DNA from: Chiloscyllium plagiosum
Taxonomy: Eukaryota
Reading direction: 5' to 3'
Length of the DNA stretch: 64,000 bases
NCBI RefSeq assembly: GCF_004010195.1
Contig: NC_057719.1
Span: 79,683,579 to 79,747,578 of the forward strand
Position 1 is the first letter of the stretch; each line of letters opens with the position of its first letter. The position numbers and the translations under genes are program-made. Below, in pieces: positions 11,312 to 24,050 of the stretch. The notes beneath the pieces are model-generated. The model was not told where the DNA came from, did no database searches, and worked only from the letters and a program-made list of their open reading frames with translations.

Positions 11312-11700
11312 GAAGTCACCCTTCAGATCCCAGCTTGTACTCTAGTACAGTACTGATGGGGTGCTACATGGTTGGTGTGCCAGGCGAGATATTAAACCAA
11401 AGCCTATCATCTCTCCTGCCAATCGGAGGGTCAATATCAAAGATACCGCAGCACAATTTCAAAGAACAGCAGTGGAGATCTCCCTGGAATCCAGGCTAAT
11501 GTTTATTCTTCAGTTAACATCTTGAAGACTGATTACTTGACTGTTATCACATTACTGTTTGCAGGAACTTGCTGCATGTAAATTATATGCTACATCTCCT
11601 ATATTTTAACAGCGACTATGCTTTGAAAATGTTCCTCATTGCTTTGGATCATCCTGAGATCAGGGAAGAAGCTGAAACAACGGAAGTCTTGACTTCTTTC
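11312..11700 (+). mobile_element. Deu-domain SINE body; its tRNA head at about 9297-9345 is displaced by the Gypsy insertion
   Basis: Head gtgggtcagttg...ctgagtcagaagg lies left of the LTR; cagtactga...attaaacc...ttatcacattactgtttg continues right of it. Confidence 0.7.
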
Positions 11701-11744
11701 GCAAAGGAATCAAGAATAAGGTGACATAATAGTGACTGGCATAA

Positions 11745-12075
11745 AAGGGGTGAATTCAAAAAGGATTACTTCACACAATGGATGATGGCAATTTCAAACT
11801 CTATCTTCCAAATAAGCCTCTGGGTGCTGGGGGCCAGTCAGTATTTTCAAAACTGGAATTAACAGATATTACATGAGATGATTGAGGGTACATGGAAGCA
11901 GGGTGGATGACAGACACATAAGGTATAACACTGCTCAACAAAAGACAATAGGTACATGAAAAGGAAAGATTTAGAGGGATATGGACCAAATGCAGGCAAG
12001 TGGGACTAGTTTAGTTTGGGAAACTTGGTCGGCCTGGACGAGTTGGACCGAAGGGTCTGTTTCCGTGCTGTACAA
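11745..12075 (+). mobile_element. CR1 3' fragments (older plus younger)
   Basis: gggatatggaccaaatgcaggcaagtgggactag...ggaccgaagggtctgtttccgtgctgta tail. Confidence 0.75.
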
Positions 12076-13052
12076 CTGAGTGGCCTCCTCCTGTTCCTAC
12101 AATCCTGCTCTGAGGTGACAAACAGAACAGCTGCCCTCTACGTTCCCTTTTCCCACCACAGCTTCAGCGAATTTGGTTTCCACTGGACACACCCATGGAG
12201 CATTGTTTCTTTCAAGTTAGGATGACTATAATTCAAAAATACTCTCTTTCCATGAAGCACTTTGTAATGTGCCAAGGTTGTGAAGGGCACAGTATTGATT
12301 CGAGAGAGTATGGCTGCTTTGCATTGATTATAAGCTGAAGAGTATGACCTACCCCAATGAGCAGATACACTTCGCAAATCAACTTAACTTGCCATTGAAT
12401 CGGGCTGCAAAGTCAGTAATCTGTCTGTCTTTTACATGCCCTTATTTATATAGTAATCTCAGAATAAATCAACTAAGTGATTTTTTTTGTACTGCTCCAT
12501 CTAACTTCCCAGGTGATGGGTTTCCCACAATGGGGAGTAAACCTGACTCACACTCTGTCATTCCAATGGGGTTTGCCATTGGTCCTTCCATAAATGTAGA
12601 TTCTTGGATCCTCTTTAACTTGGGAGAATTGAACACAGTGTGTTTTGGCTGTGGTTTAATAATTTGTGCTCTCTTACATTTGAGACACAAGGTTTGAGTC
12701 TCACTCCAAGACGTGAGTCCATAATCCATGCATCAGAGAGGATCAGAAGTATCATTTTCCAACTGGGCCATTAAACTGAAGCCCCACATTTCTTTTCCAC
12801 TCCAGAAGTCTGCTCCTTGAATCAGTGTCCCAGGTTTATATCGCCAGGACACAATTCCCAAACTATGAGTGGAATCTTCCATCCAGGAGCCTTATTGTGG
12901 TGTTGGGGGAATTATGGCTCAGCAAAGAATTTAGGTCTAGCGCACCCAGGAAAGGTGGCAGGGACTAGGAATAGCAACAGGAAGTCCTCAATCAGCCCAA
13001 AGTGGCCAGATCCAAGCTAGCAATCAGGTCAGGTACCATGATTTCTGTGGTT

Positions 13053-13402
13053 GGCACGGTGGCTCAGTGGTTAGCACTGCTGCCTCACAGCACCAGGGAC
13101 CCGGGATCGATTCCAGCCTCAGGCAACTGTCTGTGTGGAGTTTGCATGCTCCCCCTGTGTTTGCATGGGTTTCCTCTGGGTGCTCCGGTTTCCTCCCACA
13201 GTCCAAATTTGTGCAGGTTAGGTGAATTGACCATGCTAAATTGCCCATAGTATTCAGGGATGTGTAGGTTAGGTGCATTAGTCAGGGGTAAATGTAGAGT
13301 AATCAGGTAAGGGGAATGGGTCTGGGTGAGTTACTCTTCGGAGGGTCGGTGTGGACTTATTGGGCCAAATGGCCAGTTTCCATACTGTAGGGATTCTATG
13401 AT
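13053..13402 (+). mobile_element. HE1 SINE (tRNA-derived V-SINE)
   Basis: A box tggctcagtgg, B-box-like ggatcgattcc, V domain gggtttcctctgggtgctccggtttcctcccaca, CR1-like tail. Confidence 0.92.
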
Positions 13403-14065
13403 AACGTACTCACATCTAATGTGGGAAGAGGATGAACAATGTCTTGCACACAACAGAGCTACGTGTTACTGCCAGCTCACTGCAAACTGACACCCATAAA
13501 GGATCCGTGCAATTGAACCACACTACTGCAGCAGAATGCCAGATGGAACATATGCACGTCAGTCTAGGTGCACTAAATAGCCAACTGCCTGCTCACATTG
13601 TCAGTGTTCCTGAATAGGGCCCAGCCAATCACCAGACCATTGCCCTGCTCTTGGATGACCATTGCTCCTCCTTTTCCCACTGACCCTCCCCGCACTGTTC
13701 TGCTCTCCCTCTGCCTCGACCCAAAGGGACATCCAGCCTCCTTCCCTGTGCCCCTTCCACTGAACACCTTCACCACAATTCAATCACTAACCCTGACCTC
13801 ACGCCACTAAAAGGACAAAGCAACCAGCAGTTTCTCTGACGGCCTGGGAGAAGTCAAACTCAGCTGGTGCACATCCCTGAAACACAGTCAGGCTTCGGAA
13901 GCCACTGCCTTGTCAACTGGAGGAGCTAAATTGAGAGAACGCACTTAATCCCAGGGAGTCATGCTTTCAATGAGATGCAAATGCCCCTAGAATAGTTTGC
14001 TGATACCTGCATTTGGGAGGCTTCACAGCAATGTGGTTGACTCTCAACAACCCTCTGGGATCTAG

Positions 14066-14395
14066 ATCATAGAATCCCTACAGTGTTGAAGGAGGCCATT
14101 CAGCCTATTGGGTCTGCACCAACTTTCCGAACAGCATCCCACCCCAGACCCAACTAGCCATGTCACCCTGCATTTCCTACAGCTAATCCATCTAGCCTAC
14201 ACATCCCTGAACATTTAGTGAGGCCAATCCACCTAACCTGCACATCTTTGGACTATGGGGGGAGACCAGAGCACCCAGAGGAACCACACACAGATACGGG
14301 GAGAATGTGCAAACTCCACACAGACAGTCACCCGAGGCTGGAATCGAACCTGGGTCCCTGGCGCTGTAAGGCAGCAGTGCTAACCACTGAGCCAC
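14066..14395 (-). mobile_element. HE1 SINE
   Basis: Reverse-complement copy of the 13053-13402 family. Confidence 0.92.
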
Positions 14396-14735
14396 TTGTA
14401 TGCTTCTGTTTCAGTGAAAGGTTTTAAAATAATTTTTTTTAAAAATAGTATTAATTAAGCCAGATTTCAGCTTGGGATATGTCCAGTAGTAACTGGGATC
14501 ATAACAAGACTGTGTGTATTTGTCTCTTTTAACTTTTACCCGACTTACAGCATAAACCTCCAAATGGAGTTTTTAACATGGACAGACTGTTGTGCTACAG
14601 CTACCACTAGATCTGGTTGACTAGGAAATTCTCCACAGGCTTTTCATGCCCACCACAGGCATAGCAAAGAAATCGCAGGTTGACAAGCAACATGTGTCAC
14701 TGCGTTACTACATACCTCCCATACTCATCAAGCCC

Positions 14736-14978
14736 AGAACAAAGAACAAAGAACAAAGAAAATTTATAGCCCAGGAACAGGCCCTTCGGCCCTCCAAGCC
14801 TGAGCCAATCCAAATCCAAATCTGAACCTATTGCCCAATTCCTAAGGATCTGTATCCCTCTGCTCCCCACCTACTCAGGCGTCTGTCCAGGCTCATCTTA
14901 AATGAATCTACCGTGCCTGCCTCTACTATCTCTACTGGCAAAGCGTTCCAGGCACCTACCACCCTCTGTGTAAAGTAA
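14736..14978 (-). mobile_element. CR1 3' end with (TTGTTCT)n tail
   Basis: YFTQRVVGAWNALPVEIVEAGTVDSFKMSLD; agaacaa repeats at 14736-14760. Confidence 0.88.
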
Positions 14979-15039
14979 GAACCCTGAGGTTCACAGCTCT
15001 GGCCCAGAGGGAGGGACACTACCTTCAATGCACAAGGAC

Positions 15040-15492
15040 GCATAGAGTCATATAAGTATACAGCATGGAAACAGGCCCTTCGGCCCAACCCAGCCAACCC
15101 CACCTAGTTTCCTAAAATGAACTAGTCCCATTTACCAGCACTTGACCCAAATCCTTCAAAACCTTTCCTATCCATCTACCTGCCCAAATGTTTACATGTC
15201 GTAATTGCGCCAGCCTCCGCCACTTCCTCTGGCAGCTCGTTCAATACGCAGCACCACCCTCTGTGTGAAAAAGTTGACCCTCAGATTTCTTTTAAATCTT
15301 TTCTCTCTCAACTTAAACTGATGCCCTCTAGTTTTGAACTTCCCTACCGTGGGGAAAAGGCCATGGCTGTTCACCCTATCTGTGCCCCTCATAAACCTCT
15401 ATAAGCTCACCCCTCAGCCTCCAGTACTTCAGGGAAAATAGCCCCTGCCTATCCAGCCTCTCCTTATAACTCAAGCATTCCTGTCTAAGTAA
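15040..15492 (-). mobile_element. CR1 (HER1-type) 3' fragment
   Basis: KTRGHQFKLREKRFKRNLRVNFFTQRVV. Confidence 0.88.
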
Positions 15493-15704
15493 CTCCTGTC
15501 TCTGAAGCACTGTACCAGGTAGGTATGGAAGTGAGCCTTTTCCTAACATAATGCAAGAGTCTTCAACACCGCGTCCCTTTAATTACCATACCCTGACCCG
15601 CACACATATTATTACTGATAATTGTCTAGTTTTGGCTAAATTTCTTTTTTGGATGAGCAAAACTACTAACCATAACGTTTGAATGCTGTGGTATCCAATT
15701 AATT

Positions 15705-16470
15705 GTTTATTCATTCATAAGAGAAGGGTGTCACTGGCTGAGCCAGCATTTATTGCCTAACCACATTTGCCTTTGAGGAGTTGGTGGTGGTGGTGGTGAA
15801 CCATCTTCTGAAATGACTGCAGTCCATGTGGTGTCACACACCTACTCCTCTGTAAGGGAGGGAGCTCCAGAATCTTGATCTTGCAATAAATAAAGGAACA
15901 ACAGTATAGTTCCAAGTCAGGATTTTGGCCCGCTTGGAAGTGGTACCCGTGTTCTTCTAGGACATAGAGGTTATGGTGCTGTCAGAAGAGTCTTTGTAAA
16001 TTAGTGCAATGTACCTTGTCTACACTGCTGCCCTCTATGTCAGTGGTGAAGGGACTGAAGTTAGAAGGTGGTGGAGGGAGCATGGATGTGGTGCCAATTA
16101 AGCGGACCTCTTTGTGCTAGATGGTGCCAAGCTTCTTGAGTTTTGTCAGAGCTGCACCCATCGAGGCATGCGGGGATTTTTCCATCACACTCCCGACTTG
16201 TGCCTTGTAGATTGTGGGCAGGCTTTGGGGAGTCAGGAAGTGAGTTATCACAGAATTCCAAGCCTGTTCCTCCAGGCACAGAGTTGATGTGGCTATTCCC
16301 AGATCAGTTTCTGATCAATGGTAGCTGCTAGAATGTTAATAGCAGATGATTTAACAATAGTAATGTCACTGAATGTCAGGGGCAATTGTTAGGCTCTTTC
16401 TTGTTGGAGATGGTTATTGCCTGGCAGTCATGGTATGCTAGTGCTGTCACTTAGCAGACCTGGTCTTGCT
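15705..16470 (-). mobile_element. CR1/L2-group LINE (second family) 3' fragment with (ATGA)n tail
   Basis: Minus-strand frame gives THFLTPQSLPTIYKAQVGSVMEKSP; the tail reads attcattcat on the plus strand. Confidence 0.75.
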
Positions 16471-16479
16471 ACATATGGA

Positions 16480-16945
16480 CACTGTGGTGAGGAGTAATGG
16501 GAAGCCAGAGGATTGGGAAACTTTTAAAAACCAACTGAGGATAACTAAAAAAACAGAGAGAGAAAATGAAACATGAATGTGGTAAGAAAGAAGATTGCAA
16601 GAGATTTTTTTTAGATATATAAAAAGGAAGGGAGATTTACGATTGGACAGTAAACCACTGGAAAATGAGGCTGGAGAAGTAGTAATGGGGAACAAGATAA
16701 TGGCATAGGAACTGAATAGGTGTTTCACATCAGTTTTCATAGAGGAAGACAGCAGCAACACATCAGAACTTCTAGAGAGTCAGGGAGCAGAAGTGAGTGT
16801 AGTGGCCATCACTAAGGTGCTGGGGAAGTTGAAAGGTCTGACAATGGATAAATCGCTCAGATCAGATGGAATTTACCCAAGAATTCTGAAGGAGATAGCT
16901 GAGGAGATTGTGAAGGCAATGGTGATGATCTTTCAGGAATCACTC
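16480..16945 (+). mobile_element. CR1 ORF2 internal fragment (endonuclease-RT linker)
   Basis: PLENEAGEVVMGNKIMA*ELNRCFTSVF and DKSLRSDGIYPRILKEIAEEI-like segments. Confidence 0.8.
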
Positions 16946-16962
16946 ACCCTACTCTGCCAACC

Positions 16963-18210
16963 ATAGAGTCATAGAGTCATAGAGAAGTACAGCATGAAAA
17001 CAGACTCTTTGGTCCAACTTGTCCATGCCGACCAGATATCCCAACCCAATCTAGTCCCACCTGCCAGCACACGGCGCATATCCCTCCAAACCCTTCCTAT
17101 TCATATACCCATCCAGGTGCCTTTTAAATGTTGCAATTGTACTAACCTCCACCACTTCCTCTGGCAGCTCATTCCAGAAACATTCCACCCTCTGCGTGAA
17201 AAAGTTGCCCCTTAGGTCTCTTTTATATCTTTCCCCTCTCACCCTATACCTATGCCCTCTAGTTCTGGACTCCCCGACCCCAGGGAAAAGACTTTGTCTA
17301 TTTATCCTATCCATGCCCTTCATGATCTTATAAACCTTTATAAGGTCACCTCTCAGCGTCCGACACTCCAGAGAAAACAGCCACAGCTTATTCAACCTCT
17401 CCCTATAGCTCAAATCATCCAACCCTGGCAACATCCTTGTAAATTTTTAATGAACCCTTTCAAATTTCACAACATCTTTCCGANNNNNNNNNNNNNNNNN
17501 NNNNNNNNNNNNNNNNNNNNNNNNNNNNNNNNNNNNNNNNNNNNNNNNNNNNNNNNNNNNNNNNNNNNNNNNNNNNNNNNNNNNNNNNNNNNNNNNNNNN
17601 NNNNNNNTTCGCTGTCCACTACACCTCCAATTTTGGTGTCATCTGCAAACTTACTAACTATGCTCACATCCAAATCATTTCTATAAATGATGAAAAGTAG
17701 TGGACCCAGCACCAATCCTTGTGGCACTCCACTGGTCACAGGCCTTCAGTCTGAAAAACAACCCTCCACCACCACCCTCTGTCTTCTACCTTCGAGCCAG
17801 TTCTGTATCCAAATGGCTAGTTCTCCCTGTATTCCATGAGATCTAACTTTGCTAATCAGTCTCCCATGGGGATCCTTGTTGAATGCCTTACTGAAGTCCA
17901 TATAGATCACATTTACTGCTCTGTTCTCATCAATCCTCTTTGTTACTTCCTCAAAAAACTCAAACAAGTTTGTGAGACATGATTTCCCATGTTGACTATC
18001 CCTAATCAGCCCTTGCCTTTTCAAATACATATACATCCTGTCCCTCAGGATTCTTCTCGCCGGTCTATAGTTCCCTGGCTTGTCCTTACCACTCTTCTTA
18101 AACAGTGGCACCACGCTAGCCAACCTCCAGTCTTCCGGCACCTCACCTGTGAACTATCGATGTCACAAATATCTCAGTAAGAGGCCTAGCAATTAGTTGT
18201 CTAGCTTCCA
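16963..18210 (-). mobile_element. CR1 (HER1-type) LINE, RT to 3' end, spanning an N gap
   Basis: PEDWRLASVVPLFKK...YMDFSKAF...[14 protein letters not shown]...[11 protein letters not shown]...RGDLIKVYKIM; (ctctatga)n tail. Confidence 0.95.
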
Positions 18211-19049
18211 GTTTTAACCCATTTTGACTGCTCCCATATGGATACTGACCACATTGAATTTCAGCGAGGATTATGCCCCTCAGCCCTGGCAGTACACTTT
18301 TCTAACGCCCCACCTACCTTTGTACACTTCTCCTGTGGAGGCCGTAGTGGTGATCATACTTAAGAACTCCCACTCCCCTAACCTACCATACCCTCCAATG
18401 CTGCTGTGATTTCCACCCAATGAGCATAAGTTTCCTGTCGTTACTGATCATATCCCCTTTACAGTAAATGCCTCTCCTTACCCCTTCCATCATTGATCTC
18501 CTCACTCCCCATATTCCCGCCCACTGAACCCTCCTGAAAGATTGACAGACTCCTAAGACTGTACTCAACTCAGACCTCTCACCAACTTCAATGAACAGCC
18601 CTTATACGCGACTAACCAGACCCTACACTGCTGCGTTTGCAGCTCCCTGCCTGATGATCCATGATCACCCTGACTGCTGCTTCAAAACTGACCACTGCCC
18701 AATCCTCAGACTCTACCAGGACCAATCCCCTGGAGGTGAGCATCCCAAATAGACTCCCTTGTCTATGTACGGACTGTGCCTGTGACTGATGACACCAGTA
18801 CACCCCTTGACTTGATGAGGTCTATCCTACTCCCAGTCTGCGACATGGCCATGTGGTTGAATGAACGTGCAGTGTATTTGCTGTAGGTGTTAGATTGAGG
18901 TCTCAGTGTGCTGTCCAGTTTGATTTTGCTACCACCCCAGGACAGTCCAATACTGACAAACAGCCTATGAGTCTGCAGTGAAGATCTCCTCATATGGCAA
19001 CAGTGACAGCCTTCAGCTCTGGGTTAAAGCCTGAAAAGGCGTGAATCCC

Positions 19050-19432
19050 TGGAGCGTCGGAGGCTGAGGGGTGACCTTATAGAGGTTTATAAAATCATGG
19101 TGGGCATGGATAGGGTAAATAGGCAAGGTCTTTTCCCTGGGGTGGGGGAGAGTGTCCAGAACTAGAGGGCATAGGTTTAGGATGAAAGGGGAAAGATTTA
19201 AAAGGGATCTAAGGGGCAACCTTTTCACACAGAGGATGGTGCGTGTATGGAATGAATTGCCAGAGGAAGTGGTGGAGGCTGGTACATGGGTAAATGAATA
19301 GGAAGGGTTTGGAGGGATAAGGACCGGGTGTTGGCAGGTGGGACTAGATTGGGTTGGGATATCTGGTCGGCATGGACGGGTTGGATGGAAGGGTCTGTTT
19401 CTGTGCTGTACATCTCTAGGACTCTCTGACTT
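19050..19432 (+). mobile_element. CR1 3' end
   Basis: ggaggctgaggggtgaccttatagaggtttataaaatc through the tail. Confidence 0.9.
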
Positions 19433-20379
19433 GTGAGTGGCCTGCCAATATATCAGAGGGGTGCTATGATAACCGTCATGGGTTGGCACATGCGACATGC
19501 CAATGCCCAAAGACAAAGGATGTGCTTGGCCTGTGGCCCTGTGGATTGTGCTCTGAGATGTTCCTGCCTGGTGCCCACTATGAAGGTTGCTCAGAGCAAA
19601 GGTGGGTGCGAGTCAGCTGACAAGCACCTGCTTCCCGGTTCAGTTTTCCTGGCGTCAAGTTAGTTTGGCAAGATGAAAGCCTGGATCTCAATGCGGTGTT
19701 AACAAGGTATTTAGCAAGTGTCAATCTCCATCAGTTGGCGTCTTGCCACTCTTTAGCAAATATTTCACCAAGTCGCTTGTCAAAAGCATAAAAGATGGAG
19801 TGAGTTGATCTTGATATGGAGGTAGGCCTTGATGTCGACAAGTCTGCCAAACAACGCCCCACAGTCCATGACTCTCAATCCCCAATACGATTTCACCCAC
19901 TGACTTTTGTTTTTGTTCCTGTTGCGTTAGAGTGAGCAGAAATATGTGAGAAGCTCTTTTTTTCTCCAAATTGTCCGGCAGGAAGTCTGACCTTTCTCCC
20001 GCTGGAAACAAAAAAACATATTTGCTTGAAACAAAGAGGCCTTTATCAGTGTTCAGCCACATCAAATCGGGAGTATCTTCTTAAATACACCCTTCGCAAG
20101 AGCTTCCCGGCTGTTCAGTGCAGGTTCTGGGATGCAAGCCAGCCAGTACAAACAGCTCTAGTCACACTCCATTAATCTGGCTCAGGGACCTCTCTTCAAG
20201 CCAAATTAATTAGTACAGGGTACTCCACCCGGTCTGTGCTCCCAGTGTGATTGCTCATTTCCCCACTCACCCATGAATTGTGTGCTCACGCAGCCAGAGA
20301 TTCATTTCCGTGCAACTAATTAAACCCTGTTTCAATAGAAACTGAGCTCATTTTGTGTTGACTCTAGCTGTGGTAATAC

Positions 20380-21170
20380 TGCAACAACAGCTCCTATGTG
20401 ATTGTGCCCCTAACGTTGCGAAATATGTTAAGGGCACTCGCAGAAGGGAAAGATTGCCACGGGACAAGTGACTTAATGCTTGGCCAAAGAGATGGCTCTT
20501 GTGCAAGGTTTTAGTAGTAGGAGCGAGAGGTGGCAAAGCGTGGGATTCAGGGAAGAAATTCCCAAGATTAGAGCATAAGTGGCTGAAGGAACACCTGTCA
20601 CGGTTGACTGGGGAGAAAGAGTTGAGAACTGTGAAGACCACAAAAGGCAGGCGAGGTTGGAGGGTTGAGAAGACAGAGGAATTTGAACAGCAGAAGAGAA
20701 TTCTTTTAATAGGCCAGGCCTTCCTGGATGAGCATCCAAAGTAGGTCAGAGGTAATACATGAAGAGGACTCAATGTATGTGAACAGAGGGGAGTCAAGAT
20801 TAGAGAAGTGCTGGAAAAGTACAGCAAGTCAGGCAGCATCCAAGGAGCAGGAAAATCCACGTTTCGGGCAAAAGCCCTTCATCAGGAATTGGGCAAGCCA
20901 ATACCACTTTGGAAGAGATATAACAAAGGCATGCAGGGCAATGTTCTGGTGGTCGAAGAAGAAGGTGATACAGCGGTTGTGTAATCAGTAAATTAGCTCA
21001 GCTTCAGATAGGACACTGAGATCATGAAAATGTTATTCAGGAAGAGGAGCGGACTTGATGATGGCAAGGGAACAGAGTCTGAGGCAGAGATCATGGCCCC
21101 AATCTTCCCAATATTCCACTCGAGGGGAACTTTTTCTCATCCAACACAAAATAGTGGTCAAACAGTTTGA
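20380..21170 (-). mobile_element. Old L2-type LINE fragment
   Basis: Begins gcaacaacagctcctatgtg...taacgt (reverse tail) and resembles 5570-5880. Confidence 0.55.
20790..20889 (-). mobile_element. Solo Penelope family A pLTR
   Basis: Reverse complement is attcctgatgaagggcttttgcccgaaacgtg...ggatgctgcctgac; the cleavage triplet is GUG, probably inactive. Confidence 0.82.
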
Positions 21171-21225
21171 CAACCGAAGGTTCAAAAGAGTTTCTTGTTG
21201 CTGCTGTCATTGTGGCTGCACTGTG

Positions 21226-21661
21226 CCCTGACTGAGAGGATCACTTACACCCTGACTGACAGGATCACTTACACCCTGACTGGCAGGGTCACGTACACCC
21301 TGACTGGCAGGATCACTTACACCCTGACTGACAGGATCACTTACACCCTGACTGGCAGGGTCACGTACACCCTGACTGACAGGGTCACATACACCCTGAC
21401 TGGCAGGGTCACGTACACCCTGACTGACAGGGTCATTTACACCCTGACTGACAGGGTCACTTACACCCTGACTGACAGGATCACTTACACCCTGACTGAC
21501 AGGGTCACTTACACCCTGACTGACAGGGTCACTTACACCCTGACTGACAGGATCACTTACACCCTGACTGACAGGGTCACGTACACCCTGACTGACAGGG
21601 TCACTTACACCCTGACTGGCAGGGTCACTTACACCCTGACTGGCAGGGTCACGTACACCCA
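21226..21661. repeat. 24-bp minisatellite, about 18 copies
   Basis: Unit accctgactg(a/g)cagg(g/a)tcac(t/g)tac; produces the TYTLTDRV repeat ORF. Confidence 0.97.
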
Positions 21662-22264
21662 GCGGGTTAGATCATCTCACATGCCCAGATCTCAACTAGA
21701 ACCCATTTGAGCTTCACAAACCAGTCCCAGAGCCCAGGGTGGTGTCGAACCTGGCTCAAAACTGAAACCACTGGTGTGGGGATACCCGATCTCTACCCCA
21801 ACCCCTAATACACCCCCGCCTCGCTCCACTCCCCCCCCACCCCCCACCCCACCCAATCCCAATACCACTCCTGAAGTGTGCAAGGAAATTAGTGGAAAGT
21901 GCAACTAGAAAACTGCTCAAGGAAACCCCCATTATGTATCTGGAAAAGATAGTTAGCTGTAAGAGTGTTGTAGGATAAGGCACAGTTTGAGCAAACAACC
22001 ATTAAGCTGTCATTACACAAAAGAAAACTCTCTATAATTACCAGCAATCACAGAGACAGTTCCATCAGCAACCTTGGCTTGCTGATAAGATCTTGGCACA
22101 GAGCCTGCAGTCAATGGAAACTTCTTGTTTGTTTTTATTTACATTCTGACTCAGTCCCTGAAAGTAGTTGCGTATTAGATCGGCTCATAGTTAACCGCTT
22201 CATTGCTCTGGTGCTGTAAGTTGTCAACCTTCCAAGTCCCGGAGTCTTCAGGAATGAAGGATTT

Positions 22265-22577
22265 GGTAGCACGGTGGCTCAGAGGTTAGCACTGCTGCCT
22301 CTCAGCACCAGGGTCCCAGGTTCGATTCCACCCTCAGGCGACTGTCTGTGTGGAGTTTGCACATTCTCCCTGTGCCTGTGTGGGTTTCCTCTAGGTGCTC
22401 CGGTTTCCTCCCACAGTCCAAAGATGTGCAGGTCAGGTGAATTGGCCATGCTAGATTGCCCATAATGTTAGGTGCATCATTCAGAGGGAAACGGGTCTGG
22501 GTGGGTTACTCTTCGGCGGGTCGGTGTGGACTGGTTGGGTCGAAGGGCCTGTTCCCACACTGTAGGGAATCTAATCT
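22265..22577 (+). mobile_element. HE1 SINE
   Basis: tRNA head, V domain and aatctaatct tail. Confidence 0.92.
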
Positions 22578-22914
22578 CTGTCAGACACTACTGCAAACAA
22601 GCCCGGGAGAAGAATCGCAGGGACATTATGGCACATTGCGATTTGGTCGAACGCTCTGGAATATTAGCTCAAAAAACATCACTGAGCAGACTCTGGCAGC
22701 CTTTGGTGTAAGAAAAAGGAGAAAAGAAATTGCTGCCTCCTTTGACACTAGTCTGTCTCATGGGGAATGCATTTGCATTAAAATGTTAGGCATTAGAGCA
22801 GCAAGTTCCACCACATGTTGGATTCACTCAATGGGACTCGTTGCCGAGATTCATCGCTCAAACAAACTGGCCATTGCCTCCTACAGAACCTCAGCAAAAC
22901 CCTGGTCAACCTTA

Positions 22915-24050
22915 TCAGTGTTAGCCGTGGGTAACACACTCTTTGACTTTGGTGGTTTCAAACCTCACTCTCTTGACTTGAGCACAAACATGAAACTGAG
23001 TCCGGTGTAGTGTTGAGCTGCTGTACAGTCAGAACTGCTGTCTTTCTGATGAGATATTAACATGTAGGAGTATGGGAGTTAGGATCTCCTGTTCCTTGGA
23101 TGCTGCCTGACCTGCTGCGCTTTTCCAGCAACACATTTTTCAGCTCTGATCTCCAGCATCTGCAGTCCTCACTTTCTCCTGGGAGTTAGGATGTCATGTT
23201 GTGGTTGTGCAGAATAGTGGTTCGGCCACTTTTGGAATACTGCATTCAATGTTATTCTCCCTGCTGTAGGAAAGATGTTGTTAAACTTGAAAAGGTTCAG
23301 GAAAGATTTCCAAGAATGTTACTGGGTTGGAGGGTTTGGGTTGTAAGGAGAGGTTGAAGAGGCTGGGGCTGTTTTCTTGGAGTATGGGAGACCGTGAGGT
23401 AACCTTATAGAGGTTTATAAAATCATGAGGGGCATGGATATAGTGATAAAGCCACAGTCTTTTCCCTGAGGTGGGGGAGTCCAGAACTAGAGGGTATAGG
23501 TTTAAGGTGAGAGGGGAAAGATTTAAAAGGGACCTACGGGGCAACTTTTTCATGAAGAGGCTGGTGCGTGATTGGAATGAGCTAACAGAGGAAGTAGTGG
23601 AGGCTAGTACAATTACAACATTTAAAAGGCATCTAGATGGACATATGAATAGGAAGGGTTTAGAGGGATATGGGCCAAATGGTGGCAAACCAGGACTAGG
23701 TTAATTTAGGATATCTGGTTGGCACGGATGAGTAGGACCGAAGGGTCTGCTTCCATATTGCATACCTCTATGACTCTATGACTGTAAGCTGTTTGCACAA
23801 TCAGGTTTGGGTAAACAATACAATGGCTAAGATAAGCAGAAGTGTTCTCCCTGCTGTCCCAGCCAATGTTTATCCCTCAAGCAAAAATAAAGTATTATCA
23901 GGTCCAGGTCATTAATCAGAGCGCTGATTGTGGGACCTGGCTGTGTACATTTTGGACGCTCCAGTTCCCTTCAATAAACAGTTCGTTGGCTATAAGGCAC
24001 CATTGGACATCCTGGTAGAAGGCGCTATATAAATGCATGTTCTTGCTTTT
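22915..24050 (+). mobile_element. Deu-domain SINE split by a CR1; parts about 22915-23062 and 23785-24050
   Basis: gacttgagcac...ctttctgatgagatattaa, then after the CR1 ccaatgtttatccctcaa...aggcgctatataaatgca. Confidence 0.72.
23063..23783 (+). mobile_element. CR1 (HER1-type) 3' fragment containing a pLTR piece at 23086-23179
   Basis: GESRTRGYRFKVRGERFKRDLRGNFF; the inner pLTR is flanked by TSD tgggagttaggat at 23073-23085 and 23180-23192. Confidence 0.9.

Noticed and set aside
13053..13125. tRNA genes at SINE heads
   Set aside because: The A and B boxes continue directly into V-domain SINE bodies in about nine copies; these are not standalone tRNAs.
17484..17607. N runs here and at 29344-29525
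   Set aside because: Assembly gaps inside young repeats; ORFs spanning them are not meaningful.
21220..21226. CACTGTG as a V(D)J recombination signal heptamer
   Set aside because: No nonamer at 12 or 23 bp spacing and no immunoglobulin or TCR segments nearby.
21195..21710. 171-aa TYTLTDRV repeat protein as a CDS
   Set aside because: Explained by a 24-bp minisatellite lacking stops; non-ATG start and no other support.
22456..23010. 184-aa ORF
   Set aside because: A chimera of HE1 tail, unique DNA and SINE head.
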